Source of the DNA: Candidatus Fimimonas gallinarum
GTDB lineage: Bacteria > Bacillota > Clostridia > Christensenellales > CAG-314
Assembly (NCBI GenBank): GCA_018712065.1
Contig: DVHL01000029.1
Span: forward strand, 6,222-70,221
Length of the DNA stretch: 64,000 nt
Direction: 5' to 3'
Each line of letters opens with the position of its first letter. Positions within the stretch are counted from its first letter, which is position 1. A model generated the notes under the pieces. That model did not search any database and had not been told where the DNA came from. It saw only the letters and a list, made by a program, of their open reading frames with translations. The position numbers and the translations under genes are program-made. This document shows, piece by piece, positions 18,381 to 27,013 of the stretch.

Positions 18381-18540
18381 CTTTAAGGTAACATTGAAAC
18401 AATTTATAATATTTGACGGTATGTTGCTCATGTTTTGTATTCTTCAAAGCGTTGTTTTCTTGTGATTTAGCCGGCGAAATCAAAGTTCGAGCATATTTTA
18501 TCTTTTAACAAACACATTTTATCTTGTAGTTTCATCTGAA

Positions 18541-19749
18541 TTACAATATTTCCAGCACTTTTTCCAAGGCATAAAGACCGTGTTCGAAGGTTAATCCTCC
18601 TTGCAGATAGGCGATGTACGGAGGTTTAACGGGACCGTCGCAACTTAATTCTATGGAAGAACCTTGAACAAAGCATCCTGCCGCCATGATTATCTCGTCA
18701 TTGTAGCCGGGCTGTTTCCACGGCTCGGGGGTAACGAATCCGTCAACGGGAGAAACCGACTGAATAGCCTGACAAAACCCAAGCATTTTCCCTTTGTCCT
18801 GCAATTTTACTGAACAGACAATGTCGCCGAAATGTTGATTTGGGCGGGGTAAAACCTCGTAACCTTTATCGGTGAGTGTCTGCGAAAAAGCAACGGCCGT
18901 TTTCAATGCCTGACAGACAACGTGAGGCGCAAAAAACAATCCCTGGTAAAACAACCTGTAACCGCAGGCATAAGAACCTATTTCCGTGCCTATCGAAGGC
19001 GCAGTCAATCTGCCTCCCACAAGCTGAATTACCGACGATTTACCGGCAATGTATCCGCCTGTAGGCGCTAGCCCTCCGCCGATGTTTTTGATGAATGAAC
19101 CTGCGCAGAAATCCACTCCGACCTGCGTTGGCTCTTGTGTTTCGACAAATTCACCGTAACAGTTGTCGCAAAAAATAAGCGTATTGGGGGAAATTTCCTT
19201 GACAAATCGGCAAAGCCGTTGTATTTGCGCTATGGAAAGAGCCAATCTCCATGCGTAACCACGTGAACGCTGTACGTACACCATTTTTATATACTGATTC
19301 TGCAAAGCTTGTTGGATTGCCGTGTAATTAAAGTCGTTGTCCACAAGGTCAATGCATGTGAAATGTACTCCGAAGTCGGCAAGACTTCCGTTGCCTTTGC
19401 CGTAAATTGTGTCGTGCAAAGTGTCGTAAGGTTCGCCACAAACGGACAAAACGTTGTCGTTTGGGCGTAAAACGCCAAAAAGAGCCAGCGTCAAAGCATG
19501 TGTCCCCGATGCAATGGACGGACTTACAACGGCGCTTTCTGTTCCGAAAATTTCTGCTACAACATTATTTAATGCATCCCTTCCCGAGTCATCATAACCG
19601 TATCCGCTGGTTCCGTTGAAGTGTCGTAATGCAATTTTGTTGTTTCTGAATGCGGTGAGGACTTTCTTTTGATTGAAAAGCGCAACTTCCTCTATTTCCT
19701 CAAATTTATTTTTTGCTTTTGCCAATATTTCTTCTATTTGCTTGTTCAT
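18541..19749 (-). CDS. ynbB: Methionine gamma-lyase family / aluminium-resistance (YnbB-like) PLP enzyme
   Basis: The N-terminal pattern ...FNGTSGYGYDDSGRDALN...ESAVVSPSIASGTHAL is typical of the YnbB family. Confidence 0.85.
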   Translation of the reverse strand: MNKQIEEILAKAKNKFEEIEEVALFNQKKVLTAFRNNKIALRHFNGTSGYGYDDSGRDALNNVVAEIFGTESAVVSPSIASGTHALTLALFGVLRPNDNVLSVCGEPYDTLHDTIYGKGNGSLADFGVHFTCIDLVDNDFNYTAIQQALQNQYIKMVYVQRSRGYAWRLALSIAQIQRLCRFVKEISPNTLIFCDNCYGEFVETQEPTQVGVDFCAGSFIKNIGGGLAPTGGYIAGKSSVIQLVGGRLTAPSIGTEIGSYACGYRLFYQGLFFAPHVVCQALKTAVAFSQTLTDKGYEVLPRPNQHFGDIVCSVKLQDKGKMLGFCQAIQSVSPVDGFVTPEPWKQPGYNDEIIMAAGCFVQGSSIELSCDGPVKPPYIAYLQGGLTFEHGLYALEKVLEIL

Positions 19750-19760
19750 TTTTTTTGCCT

Positions 19761-19816
19761 ATATTCTAAACTATTACAGACATAGTATTCTGCAAAATGC
19801 GTATTTCTGCTATACT
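19761..19816 (+). repeat. Copy a of the dispersed intergenic repeat family (core inverted)
   Basis: ATATTCTAAACTATTACAGACATAGTATTCTGCAAAATGCGTATTTCTGCTATACT, directly upstream of the ynbB-like start. Confidence 0.8.
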
Positions 19817-20145
19817 TCGGTCTGTTTTGGTTTAATTCATATTATTTTCGCTGTGATTTTCTTCGTTTTGTAGTTCCGATTTGCAGTTTTGCGTAAAAAA
19901 TTGTTTGTGTATTGCGACAAAACACGCTGAAACAGTGCTTTTCAAGCTAGTAAATTGCAACAGTAAAAGTTTTTTTAACCGCATTTCAAATTGCTTTATT
20001 GCATTATCAACGGCAAATTTCCGTCAATTACAGCAATTAGTCCGATAAAACTTTAATTTGCCGAATTCCAGTCCAATTTTACAACTATTTGCAATTTTAC
20101 GTTTCTTTGCACAATTTTATTTTGTGTTTTGCTTTTCGCTGTCAT

Positions 20146-21045
20146 TTACTGCAAGGTTTGAATTATTTCCTGCACTACTTGTTCTTTGGAAAGTTTCCCA
20201 ACGTCAATAAACCTGCACACGTTCATTTTTTTGAAGTAGGTTTGCTGTCTTTTGGCGTAGTGTCTTGTGTTTATTTTAATTTGATTTATAGCCTCGCTTA
20301 ATGTCGTTTCGCCTTTAAGATAGGATATTATCTCTTTGTAGCCTATTGCCGAAAATGCCGAAGTGTCGCAATAGCCGAATTTAGAAACAAGATTTTCCAC
20401 TTCCTGTACAAGTCCTTGCTGTACCATCAGGTCGACACGCTCGTTTATTTTGTCGTAAAGACTTGTCCTGTCCAGTTGCAACACAAACAGTTTGCATTGA
20501 AAGCGAGGTTCTCTGTTTTTTCCTCTGCCTTCACTGCGTTTTTCGCCGCTTTGAACAATTTCCAATGCACGCAACACACGTACGGGATTTTTTATGTCAA
20601 TGGAGTTGTAGGCGTCCCTGTCCGATTCTTTCAGTTTTTCCTGCAAATACTGCAATCCGTAGACATCCAGTTGCCGTTTGAGATTTTCCCTCAACTGTTT
20701 GTCGGTGCCTCCAAACTCCGGCGGGTACAACAAACTGTCAAAATAAAACCCCGTTCCGCCCACCACTATCGGAGGTGTTTGTGCGTTTTCAATAAGTTGA
20801 GACGCTCTTTCGGCAAAGTCAAATGCAGAAAAATCCTGATTTGGTTGGACGATATCCAACATGTAATGGGCAACTCCCCACATTTCCGACGGTTTGATTT
20901 TTGCGGTACCGATATCCATTCCGCAATAAATTTGCATAGAATCTGCCGAAATTATCTCACAGTGCAATTTTTGCGCAAGCATTACCGCAATGTCGCTTTT
21001 GCCCACGCATGTTGTGCCTGTAATACCGATAAACTGCTTCATCAC
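20146..21045 (-). CDS. miaA: tRNA dimethylallyltransferase
   Basis: P-loop GTTCVGKSD and MiaA-like sequence throughout. Sits in the mutS-mutL-miaA context. Confidence 0.93.
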   Translation of the reverse strand: MMKQFIGITGTTCVGKSDIAVMLAQKLHCEIISADSMQIYCGMDIGTAKIKPSEMWGVAHYMLDIVQPNQDFSAFDFAERASQLIENAQTPPIVVGGTGFYFDSLLYPPEFGGTDKQLRENLKRQLDVYGLQYLQEKLKESDRDAYNSIDIKNPVRVLRALEIVQSGEKRSEGRGKNREPRFQCKLFVLQLDRTSLYDKINERVDLMVQQGLVQEVENLVSKFGYCDTSAFSAIGYKEIISYLKGETTLSEAINQIKINTRHYAKRQQTYFKKMNVCRFIDVGKLSKEQVVQEIIQTLQ

Positions 21046-22976
21046 ACAATCCTCTTGAACATTTTTTCAAGTTGAGTTTTGGTGAAAACGACTGTTATCG
21101 GTCTGCCGTGCGGACATTGCAAAATTTTATTCTCGTAAATGCCTTTCAAAATGTACTTTATTTCAAATTCCGTCAGCACATATCCTGCCTTAACGGCAGC
21201 CTTGCAAGCCATGCTTGCCACTTTTTCCACTATCAGTTGTTTGTCGTCCAGGTTTAGTTTGTCTGCATCGGCAAGCAGATAGCGTACAAATTCGTCCATT
21301 TTGGTGTCGGCAAGCAACGTCGAAACGGAACATATACGGAAAGTGTTTTTGCCGAAAGGCTCCACTTCCACGCCTGCTTTTAATATGTTTTCCAAATTTC
21401 TTTCTATAAAGTCGGCTTCGTCGTCCTTTACGGAAAACACAAAGGGGAAAAGCAGCGGCTGCATTGCTTGCGATTTGCCTTCCATAAATTTATCAAACAA
21501 AATACGCTCGTGTGCGGCGTGCTGATCCACGAAAATTACTTTGTCGTCTATTTCCAAAATAAGATAGGTGCGAAAAGCCGAACCAAGCACTCGTGTTTTT
21601 TCCAGCAGTTCGTCGGCAATGTCCTGCGGTTCAGGTTGCCCCTTTGCAGGCGTTTCAACAGGTAGCGGCTGTGCCTGCATTGTCATTGTTGCCGCAGGCT
21701 GGCGAACTTCTTCTTCGTCCAGTCCCATTTCCTTTCTTGCCGACTGCACCGTTAGCGTACGTTCTAACTCATCGGCAAATTCTTCCAGAGGCTGAACACG
21801 TTGCAGATTTGTTTGTTTTTGTATTTCCAGCACATCGCTTACCTGGTCGGCTGTCATTTCCGAAATGTTTTTGAAAAACGTGCTGGGAACAAATTGCCTG
21901 TTTGGTGTAAAGTAAATTTCTTCCTGTTCCGATTGTTGCGTCGGTGCAGAATCCACTCCCAAAGTTTGCTTTACACGTGCTTCGGTGAATTCTTTCAGCG
22001 TTTTTTCCACCGCACGGTAAAATTTTCCGCACACCATTTGTAAATTTTGAAAACGGACTTCGGTTTTCCTGGGATGAACGTTTACGTCCACCGTGTCGCA
22101 TGGCAACGCCACGTCCAACACAAAAAACGGATACTGCCTTCCCATAAGGTAGGGCTTAAAGGCTTGCGCAATGGCATTCTGAATGTTTTTGTCTATTACG
22201 CAGCGACCGTTTACCGACAGAGTCTGGTAGGTGGAGTTGGGTTTTGAGTATTGTGGTGAGCCGATGTAGCCGTTGATGCTTATTGCCTCGCCGTCGTATC
22301 TGACGGGAAGACAGTTTTCCAGACAGTCGGCTCCGTACACGGCGAAAATCGCTTCAGACAGTCCTTCCCCCTTTGTCTGATACACCGTTTTTCCGTCCAA
22401 AATGTAAGTTATTTGCAAATTCGGATTGGTCAGTATCAGTTTAGCAACAAATTTGGAAATGTCCACCGCTTCACGTGCTGGGGCTTTCATAAATTTTTTG
22501 CGTGCAGGCGTGTTGTAGAACAAATCTCTTATTTCAATTTTAGTGCCTACATTGGCGGAAACGTACTGCTTTGAGGTTATCTTTCCGTTTTCTACAGTAA
22601 CGGTGACGCCCGTTTCGGAGGTTGCTTTTCGTGAAGTAAGTTTTATGCGTGAAACCGCCGCAATGCTGGACAACGCCTCTCCACGGAATCCCAACGTCTG
22701 TATGGAAGTCAAGTCTTCCGCCGAAGAAAGTTTGCTTGTTGCGTGTTTGATGAAAGCCGCTTCCAAATCCTCTTCATAAATGCCGCTACCGTTGTCGGAA
22801 ACGGAAATGAGTTGGAAACCGCCGTCGGTAACCTCTATCAAAATTCGTCTTGCGCCTGCATCGATGCTGTTTTCCACAACTTCCTTCAAAGCCGAGGCAG
22901 GTTTTTCCACCACCTCGCCTGCGGAAATTTTATTGTAGATGTCGGGCGTCAAAACGTTTATTCTGTTACTAATCAC
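21042..22976 (-). CDS. mutL: DNA mismatch repair protein MutL
   Basis: GHKL ATPase N-terminus (ISAGEVVEKPASALKEVVENSIDAG) and MutL C-terminal dimerisation domain. Confidence 0.95.
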   Translation of the reverse strand: MISNRINVLTPDIYNKISAGEVVEKPASALKEVVENSIDAGARRILIEVTDGGFQLISVSDNGSGIYEEDLEAAFIKHATSKLSSAEDLTSIQTLGFRGEALSSIAAVSRIKLTSRKATSETGVTVTVENGKITSKQYVSANVGTKIEIRDLFYNTPARKKFMKAPAREAVDISKFVAKLILTNPNLQITYILDGKTVYQTKGEGLSEAIFAVYGADCLENCLPVRYDGEAISINGYIGSPQYSKPNSTYQTLSVNGRCVIDKNIQNAIAQAFKPYLMGRQYPFFVLDVALPCDTVDVNVHPRKTEVRFQNLQMVCGKFYRAVEKTLKEFTEARVKQTLGVDSAPTQQSEQEEIYFTPNRQFVPSTFFKNISEMTADQVSDVLEIQKQTNLQRVQPLEEFADELERTLTVQSARKEMGLDEEEVRQPAATMTMQAQPLPVETPAKGQPEPQDIADELLEKTRVLGSAFRTYLILEIDDKVIFVDQHAAHERILFDKFMEGKSQAMQPLLFPFVFSVKDDEADFIERNLENILKAGVEVEPFGKNTFRICSVSTLLADTKMDEFVRYLLADADKLNLDDKQLIVEKVASMACKAAVKAGYVLTEFEIKYILKGIYENKILQCPHGRPITVVFTKTQLEKMFKRIV

Positions 22977-25572
22977 TTTGTTTCACCCTCTTGACCAGAT
23001 TGTTCAGAATGTCAAACGCCTCTATCGGCGAAAGTCTGTTTATGTCGATATCCCGCAAGATGGACGCCACTTCCTGCACCGTGCGGTTGCTTTTTCTGTT
23101 TTGCATGGTTTCCTGCAAATTTTCGATGTTGTAACTGATGTTGCTGCACTCCAACATGGAAACAATTTCCTTTGCCCTGTCGCAAACCTGTTGGGGTACG
23201 CCTGCAAGTTTGGCAACCTCTATGCCGAAACTTTTGTTTGCGCCCCCTCTTGCAATTTTGTGCAGGAAAATTACCGAACCGTTAAATTCTTTAACGGTGA
23301 TGCGGTAGTTTTTCAAGCCGTCCACACGTCCTTCCAGTTCCGTCAGTTCGTGATAGTGTGTGGCAAAAAGAGTTTTTGCACGTACTTTTTGCGAAACGTA
23401 TTCCATTACTGCCCAAGCGATGGAAAGTCCGTCAAAAGTGGACGTGCCACGTCCCACTTCGTCCAGAATAATGAGGCTGTTTGTTGTGGCGTTGTTGAGA
23501 ATGTTTGCAACTTCCACCATTTCTACCATGAAGGTGCTTTGATTGAACGCCAAATCGTCGCTTGCCCCCACACGGGTGAAAATTTTGTCTACAATGGGAA
23601 TTTCCGCCGACGAAGCGGGCACAAATGAGCCGATATGCGCCATAAGCGTTATCAGGGCAACTTGCCGCATGTAGGTGCTTTTGCCTGCCATGTTGGGACC
23701 AGTAATTACCATTGTGCGGTTTTCTTCCGTGTCAAGATGTACGTCGTTTGTGATGAAGTTGTCCCGTTTCAGGTAACTTTCCACAATGGGATGGCGTCCC
23801 TCGGTAATGTTAAGTTGCGTATTTTTTGTGTTTATTTTCGGCTTGCAGTAGTCGTTTGTTTGCGCCACCGTTGCCAAAGAAAGCAAACAGTCGAGAGCAG
23901 CCACGCATTGAGCCGTCTGCTGCAACGTCGGAATGTACTGCAACAGATTGTTGCGGATGTCGTCAAAAATTTTCTTTTGCAGACGTTGTTTGCCTTCCAG
24001 CGCCGTCAGCATTTTTTCTTCAAGTTCTTTCAGTTCCGGACTTACGAAACGTTCTCCCGTAGTCAGCGTCTGTTTGCGTATGAAGTTTTCCGGCACCATA
24101 TTTTTGAAGGAATTGCTCACCTCAAAGTAGTAGCCGAAAATCTTGTTGTATCCCAGTTTGAGCGTGCGAATGCCGGTGCGGTTGCGTTCGTATTCTTCCA
24201 ACTGTGCAATTTTGTTACCGCCGTTTTTGGCAAAATCGTAGAGTTCGTCAAGTTGCGCATTGAACCCTTCCTTTATGAAATCGGCGTCCTTTACAACAAC
24301 GGGCACGTCTTCGATTATTGCTTTTTCCAAGAGGTCTGCTACCTCTTCCAGACAATCCATGCCGACAAAAATGTCTTTGAGTATTTTGCTGCGACAGTCG
24401 GAAATAAGTTGTTTGACGGCAGGCAAAGCCTGTAAGGATTTTTTGAGACTTACGCAGTCTTTGGGCGTAAGATTGTTGTAGGCAATTTTGGACGTCAGTC
24501 GCTCGATATCGTACACGCCGTGCAACGCTTTGCACAAATTGTTGCGTTTGAGGTACGCTCCGAACAACTCTTCCACACCGTCCAGACGGGCATTTATCAT
24601 TGAGGCTTTTTGCAGCGGTCTGTCTACCCAGTCGGCAAGCATTCTTGCCCCCATGGATGTTTCCGTTTTGTCCAAAAGCCACAAAAGACTGCCCGTACGT
24701 TTGTTTTCCCTGTAAGAAACGGTCAGTTCCAGATTGCGACGTGTTTTGACGTCTATGGACATGTAGCGGTTTTTGTCCACGTAGCGAATATTTCTGAGGT
24801 GAGAAAGTTCCCTCTTTTGCGTTTCGTCGAGATAGAAAAGCAACGCACCGCATGCGCACACGGCAAACTGTTTGCCCGACAAACCGAAACCGTCCAAAGT
24901 CGTTACCTTGTAGTGTTCGAGAGTTTTTTCACGGCAACGTTTTTTGTCAAAGTTTTCCTCGTCGTACAGCGTAAACTGCGGAACATACCCTGCTTTTACA
25001 CATTCCAACGAATATGATTGCTGCAATGCGGCATTGTTACAAATGATTTCCGCAGGTTTGTAGGAAACAAGCAGTTCCTGCAAATCTTTGAGTTGCGAAG
25101 CGTCGTCGGAAAGTTCCGACGTGCAAAATTCTCCCGTGGATACGTCGCAAAAGGCTACGCCGATTTTTTCTCCGCTGCACACGCATGCAATGTAGTTGCT
25201 TCGTTTGTCTTCCAGAATGTCGCTTTCCACCACTGTGCCGGGAGTTATCACACGCACTACGTCCCTGTCCACCATTTCTCTGCTTTTGTCTTTGGGGTCG
25301 GAAAGTTGTTCGCATATGGCTACCTTTTGTCCGGCGTCGATGAGTTTGGCAATGTAGTTGTCCACAGCGTGGTAGGGAACGCCGCACATGGGCGCACGCT
25401 CTTGCAAACCGCAATTTCTGCCTGTCAGCGTCAGATCGAGAATTTTGCTGGCTTTTTCGGCGTCTTCAAAAAACATTTCGTAAAAGTCGCCCAAGCGATA
25501 CAGCAAAATGCAGTCTTTGTACTGCTCTTTGACGCTGAGGTAATGTTTCATCATGGGTGAAAAATCTGCCAT
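22969..25572 (-). CDS. mutS: DNA mismatch repair protein MutS
   Basis: MADFSPMMKHYL... start with GGAGG 5 nt upstream. The ATG shares one base with the miaB stop (TAATG). Walker A is GPNMAGKSTYMRQ. Confidence 0.96.
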   Translation of the reverse strand: MADFSPMMKHYLSVKEQYKDCILLYRLGDFYEMFFEDAEKASKILDLTLTGRNCGLQERAPMCGVPYHAVDNYIAKLIDAGQKVAICEQLSDPKDKSREMVDRDVVRVITPGTVVESDILEDKRSNYIACVCSGEKIGVAFCDVSTGEFCTSELSDDASQLKDLQELLVSYKPAEIICNNAALQQSYSLECVKAGYVPQFTLYDEENFDKKRCREKTLEHYKVTTLDGFGLSGKQFAVCACGALLFYLDETQKRELSHLRNIRYVDKNRYMSIDVKTRRNLELTVSYRENKRTGSLLWLLDKTETSMGARMLADWVDRPLQKASMINARLDGVEELFGAYLKRNNLCKALHGVYDIERLTSKIAYNNLTPKDCVSLKKSLQALPAVKQLISDCRSKILKDIFVGMDCLEEVADLLEKAIIEDVPVVVKDADFIKEGFNAQLDELYDFAKNGGNKIAQLEEYERNRTGIRTLKLGYNKIFGYYFEVSNSFKNMVPENFIRKQTLTTGERFVSPELKELEEKMLTALEGKQRLQKKIFDDIRNNLLQYIPTLQQTAQCVAALDCLLSLATVAQTNDYCKPKINTKNTQLNITEGRHPIVESYLKRDNFITNDVHLDTEENRTMVITGPNMAGKSTYMRQVALITLMAHIGSFVPASSAEIPIVDKIFTRVGASDDLAFNQSTFMVEMVEVANILNNATTNSLIILDEVGRGTSTFDGLSIAWAVMEYVSQKVRAKTLFATHYHELTELEGRVDGLKNYRITVKEFNGSVIFLHKIARGGANKSFGIEVAKLAGVPQQVCDRAKEIVSMLECSNISYNIENLQETMQNRKSNRTVQEVASILRDIDINRLSPIEAFDILNNLVKRVKQSD

Positions 25573-26885
25573 TATTCCTCCGTAACAATTCTGCCCCACA
25601 GTGTGGCAGAACTTGCTCTTTCAATCTCTACCGTTACAAATTTTCCCGTGTAACTGTCGTCGCAGTGAAAGTTTACAAGCCTTCCGCTTTCCGTTCGTCC
25701 GCACATTGTGTTGTCGTAACGGAAGTTTGCCCCTTCCACAAGTACTTCGTATCTTTTGCCCACCATTGTTTTGCTTATTTGCTTGGTAACTTCATTTTGG
25801 CAGGCAAGCAGGCGTTCTATTCTGTCCTGTTTGACGTCGTCGGGCACCTGTTCCATGGAATAGGCTGGCGTACCTTTTCTGCGTGAGTAGACAAAGCAGA
25901 AAGCCGAACTGAACTTTGCCCTGCGAACCAAATCCAAGGTGTCGCAAAAATCCTCTTCCGTTTCGCCGGGGAAACCCACCATAATGTCCGTCGTTATGCC
26001 TACATCGGGAATTTTACTGCGTATCTTTTCCACTAATGCAAGGTAATCTTCACGAGTGTAGTGCCTGTTCATTTTGCGCAAAATTTCCGTGCTACCGCTT
26101 TGTACGGGCAAATGCACGTTGTCGCAGATATTGGGGCAGGCGGCAATTGCGTCTATTATGTCTTCGGTGAGGTCCTTCGGGTGGGAAGTCATAAAACGCA
26201 AACGGAATTTTCCCGGAAGTTTTGCTATTTCGTTGAGCAATGTAGCAAAAGTCACATTGTTTGGCAAATCTTTTCCGTAGGAATTGACGTTTTGCCCGAG
26301 AAGGGTTATTTCTTTGTATCCTTCATCCAACAGACTTTTCACTTCTTTGAGAACGTCTTCCAAAGCACGGCTGCGTTCACGTCCCCTGACGTAGGGAACG
26401 ATACAGTAGGTGCAAAAGTTGTTGCAACCGTAGTTAATGTTCACCCATGCATTGGGATAACTTGTGCGATACTGCGAAAAATCTTCTTCGTTGTACACGC
26501 AAAAATCCGTATTGACAAATTTTTTGCGGTTTTGAGCCTGCACAACGGCATCTTTAAGCATATGAAGGTTGCCGGTGCCCAAAATAATGTCAACGAAGGG
26601 ATATTTTTGCCTGATTATATCGGCTACACCTTCCTGTTGCGACATGCATCCGCACACAGCAACGATTTTTTCGGGATTTTTACGTTTGAGTTTTTTCAAC
26701 TGTCCGATGTGCCCGTAAATTTTCTTTTCGGCAGTTTCTCTTATGCAGCAGGTGTTGAACACCACAACGTCTGCCTGATCGGCGTTTTCGCATTCGGTAT
26801 AGCCCAATTCACGCAACATTCCTGCAATTTTTTCCGAATCGTGAATGTTCATCTGACACCCGTAGGTGTGAATAAAGTACTTCAA
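25572..26885 (-). CDS. miaB: tRNA-2-methylthio-N6-dimethylallyladenosine synthase
   Basis: UPF0004 N-domain (YGCQMN), radical-SAM CNNFCTYC and a TRAM C-terminus. TTG start with a GGAGG SD sequence. Confidence 0.95.
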   Translation of the reverse strand: MKYFIHTYGCQMNIHDSEKIAGMLRELGYTECENADQADVVVFNTCCIRETAEKKIYGHIGQLKKLKRKNPEKIVAVCGCMSQQEGVADIIRQKYPFVDIILGTGNLHMLKDAVVQAQNRKKFVNTDFCVYNEEDFSQYRTSYPNAWVNINYGCNNFCTYCIVPYVRGRERSRALEDVLKEVKSLLDEGYKEITLLGQNVNSYGKDLPNNVTFATLLNEIAKLPGKFRLRFMTSHPKDLTEDIIDAIAACPNICDNVHLPVQSGSTEILRKMNRHYTREDYLALVEKIRSKIPDVGITTDIMVGFPGETEEDFCDTLDLVRRAKFSSAFCFVYSRRKGTPAYSMEQVPDDVKQDRIERLLACQNEVTKQISKTMVGKRYEVLVEGANFRYDNTMCGRTESGRLVNFHCDDSYTGKFVTVEIERASSATLWGRIVTEE

Positions 26886-26898
26886 AAATAACCTCCGA

Positions 26899-26920
26899 GC
26901 ATATGAACCTCGTCATATGC
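26899..26920. repeat. Perfect 8-bp palindrome in the miaB/PBP divergent intergenic region
   Basis: GCATATGA-acctcg-TCATATGC, 14 nt upstream of the miaB start codon. Confidence 0.6.
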
Positions 26921-27013
26921 ATACTTCCACATATAAAAACATTTTACTATCTTTTTTAAGATTTTTCAAGAAAAATAAATATAAAAATACAAACAACAAA
27001 GAATATAAATACT

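Noticed and set aside
19761-19816. The repeat family as dif/Xer recombination sites. The resemblance is AGAATA...TATGT to the Firmicute dif ACTTCCTAGAATATATATTATGTAAACT, with a Xer-like recombinase nearby.
   Set aside because: A chromosome has a single dif site, while this window has at least 6 copies. The spacing between the AGAATA and TATGT parts is 3 nt shorter than in dif. The putative arms are inverted in copy a but direct in the others.
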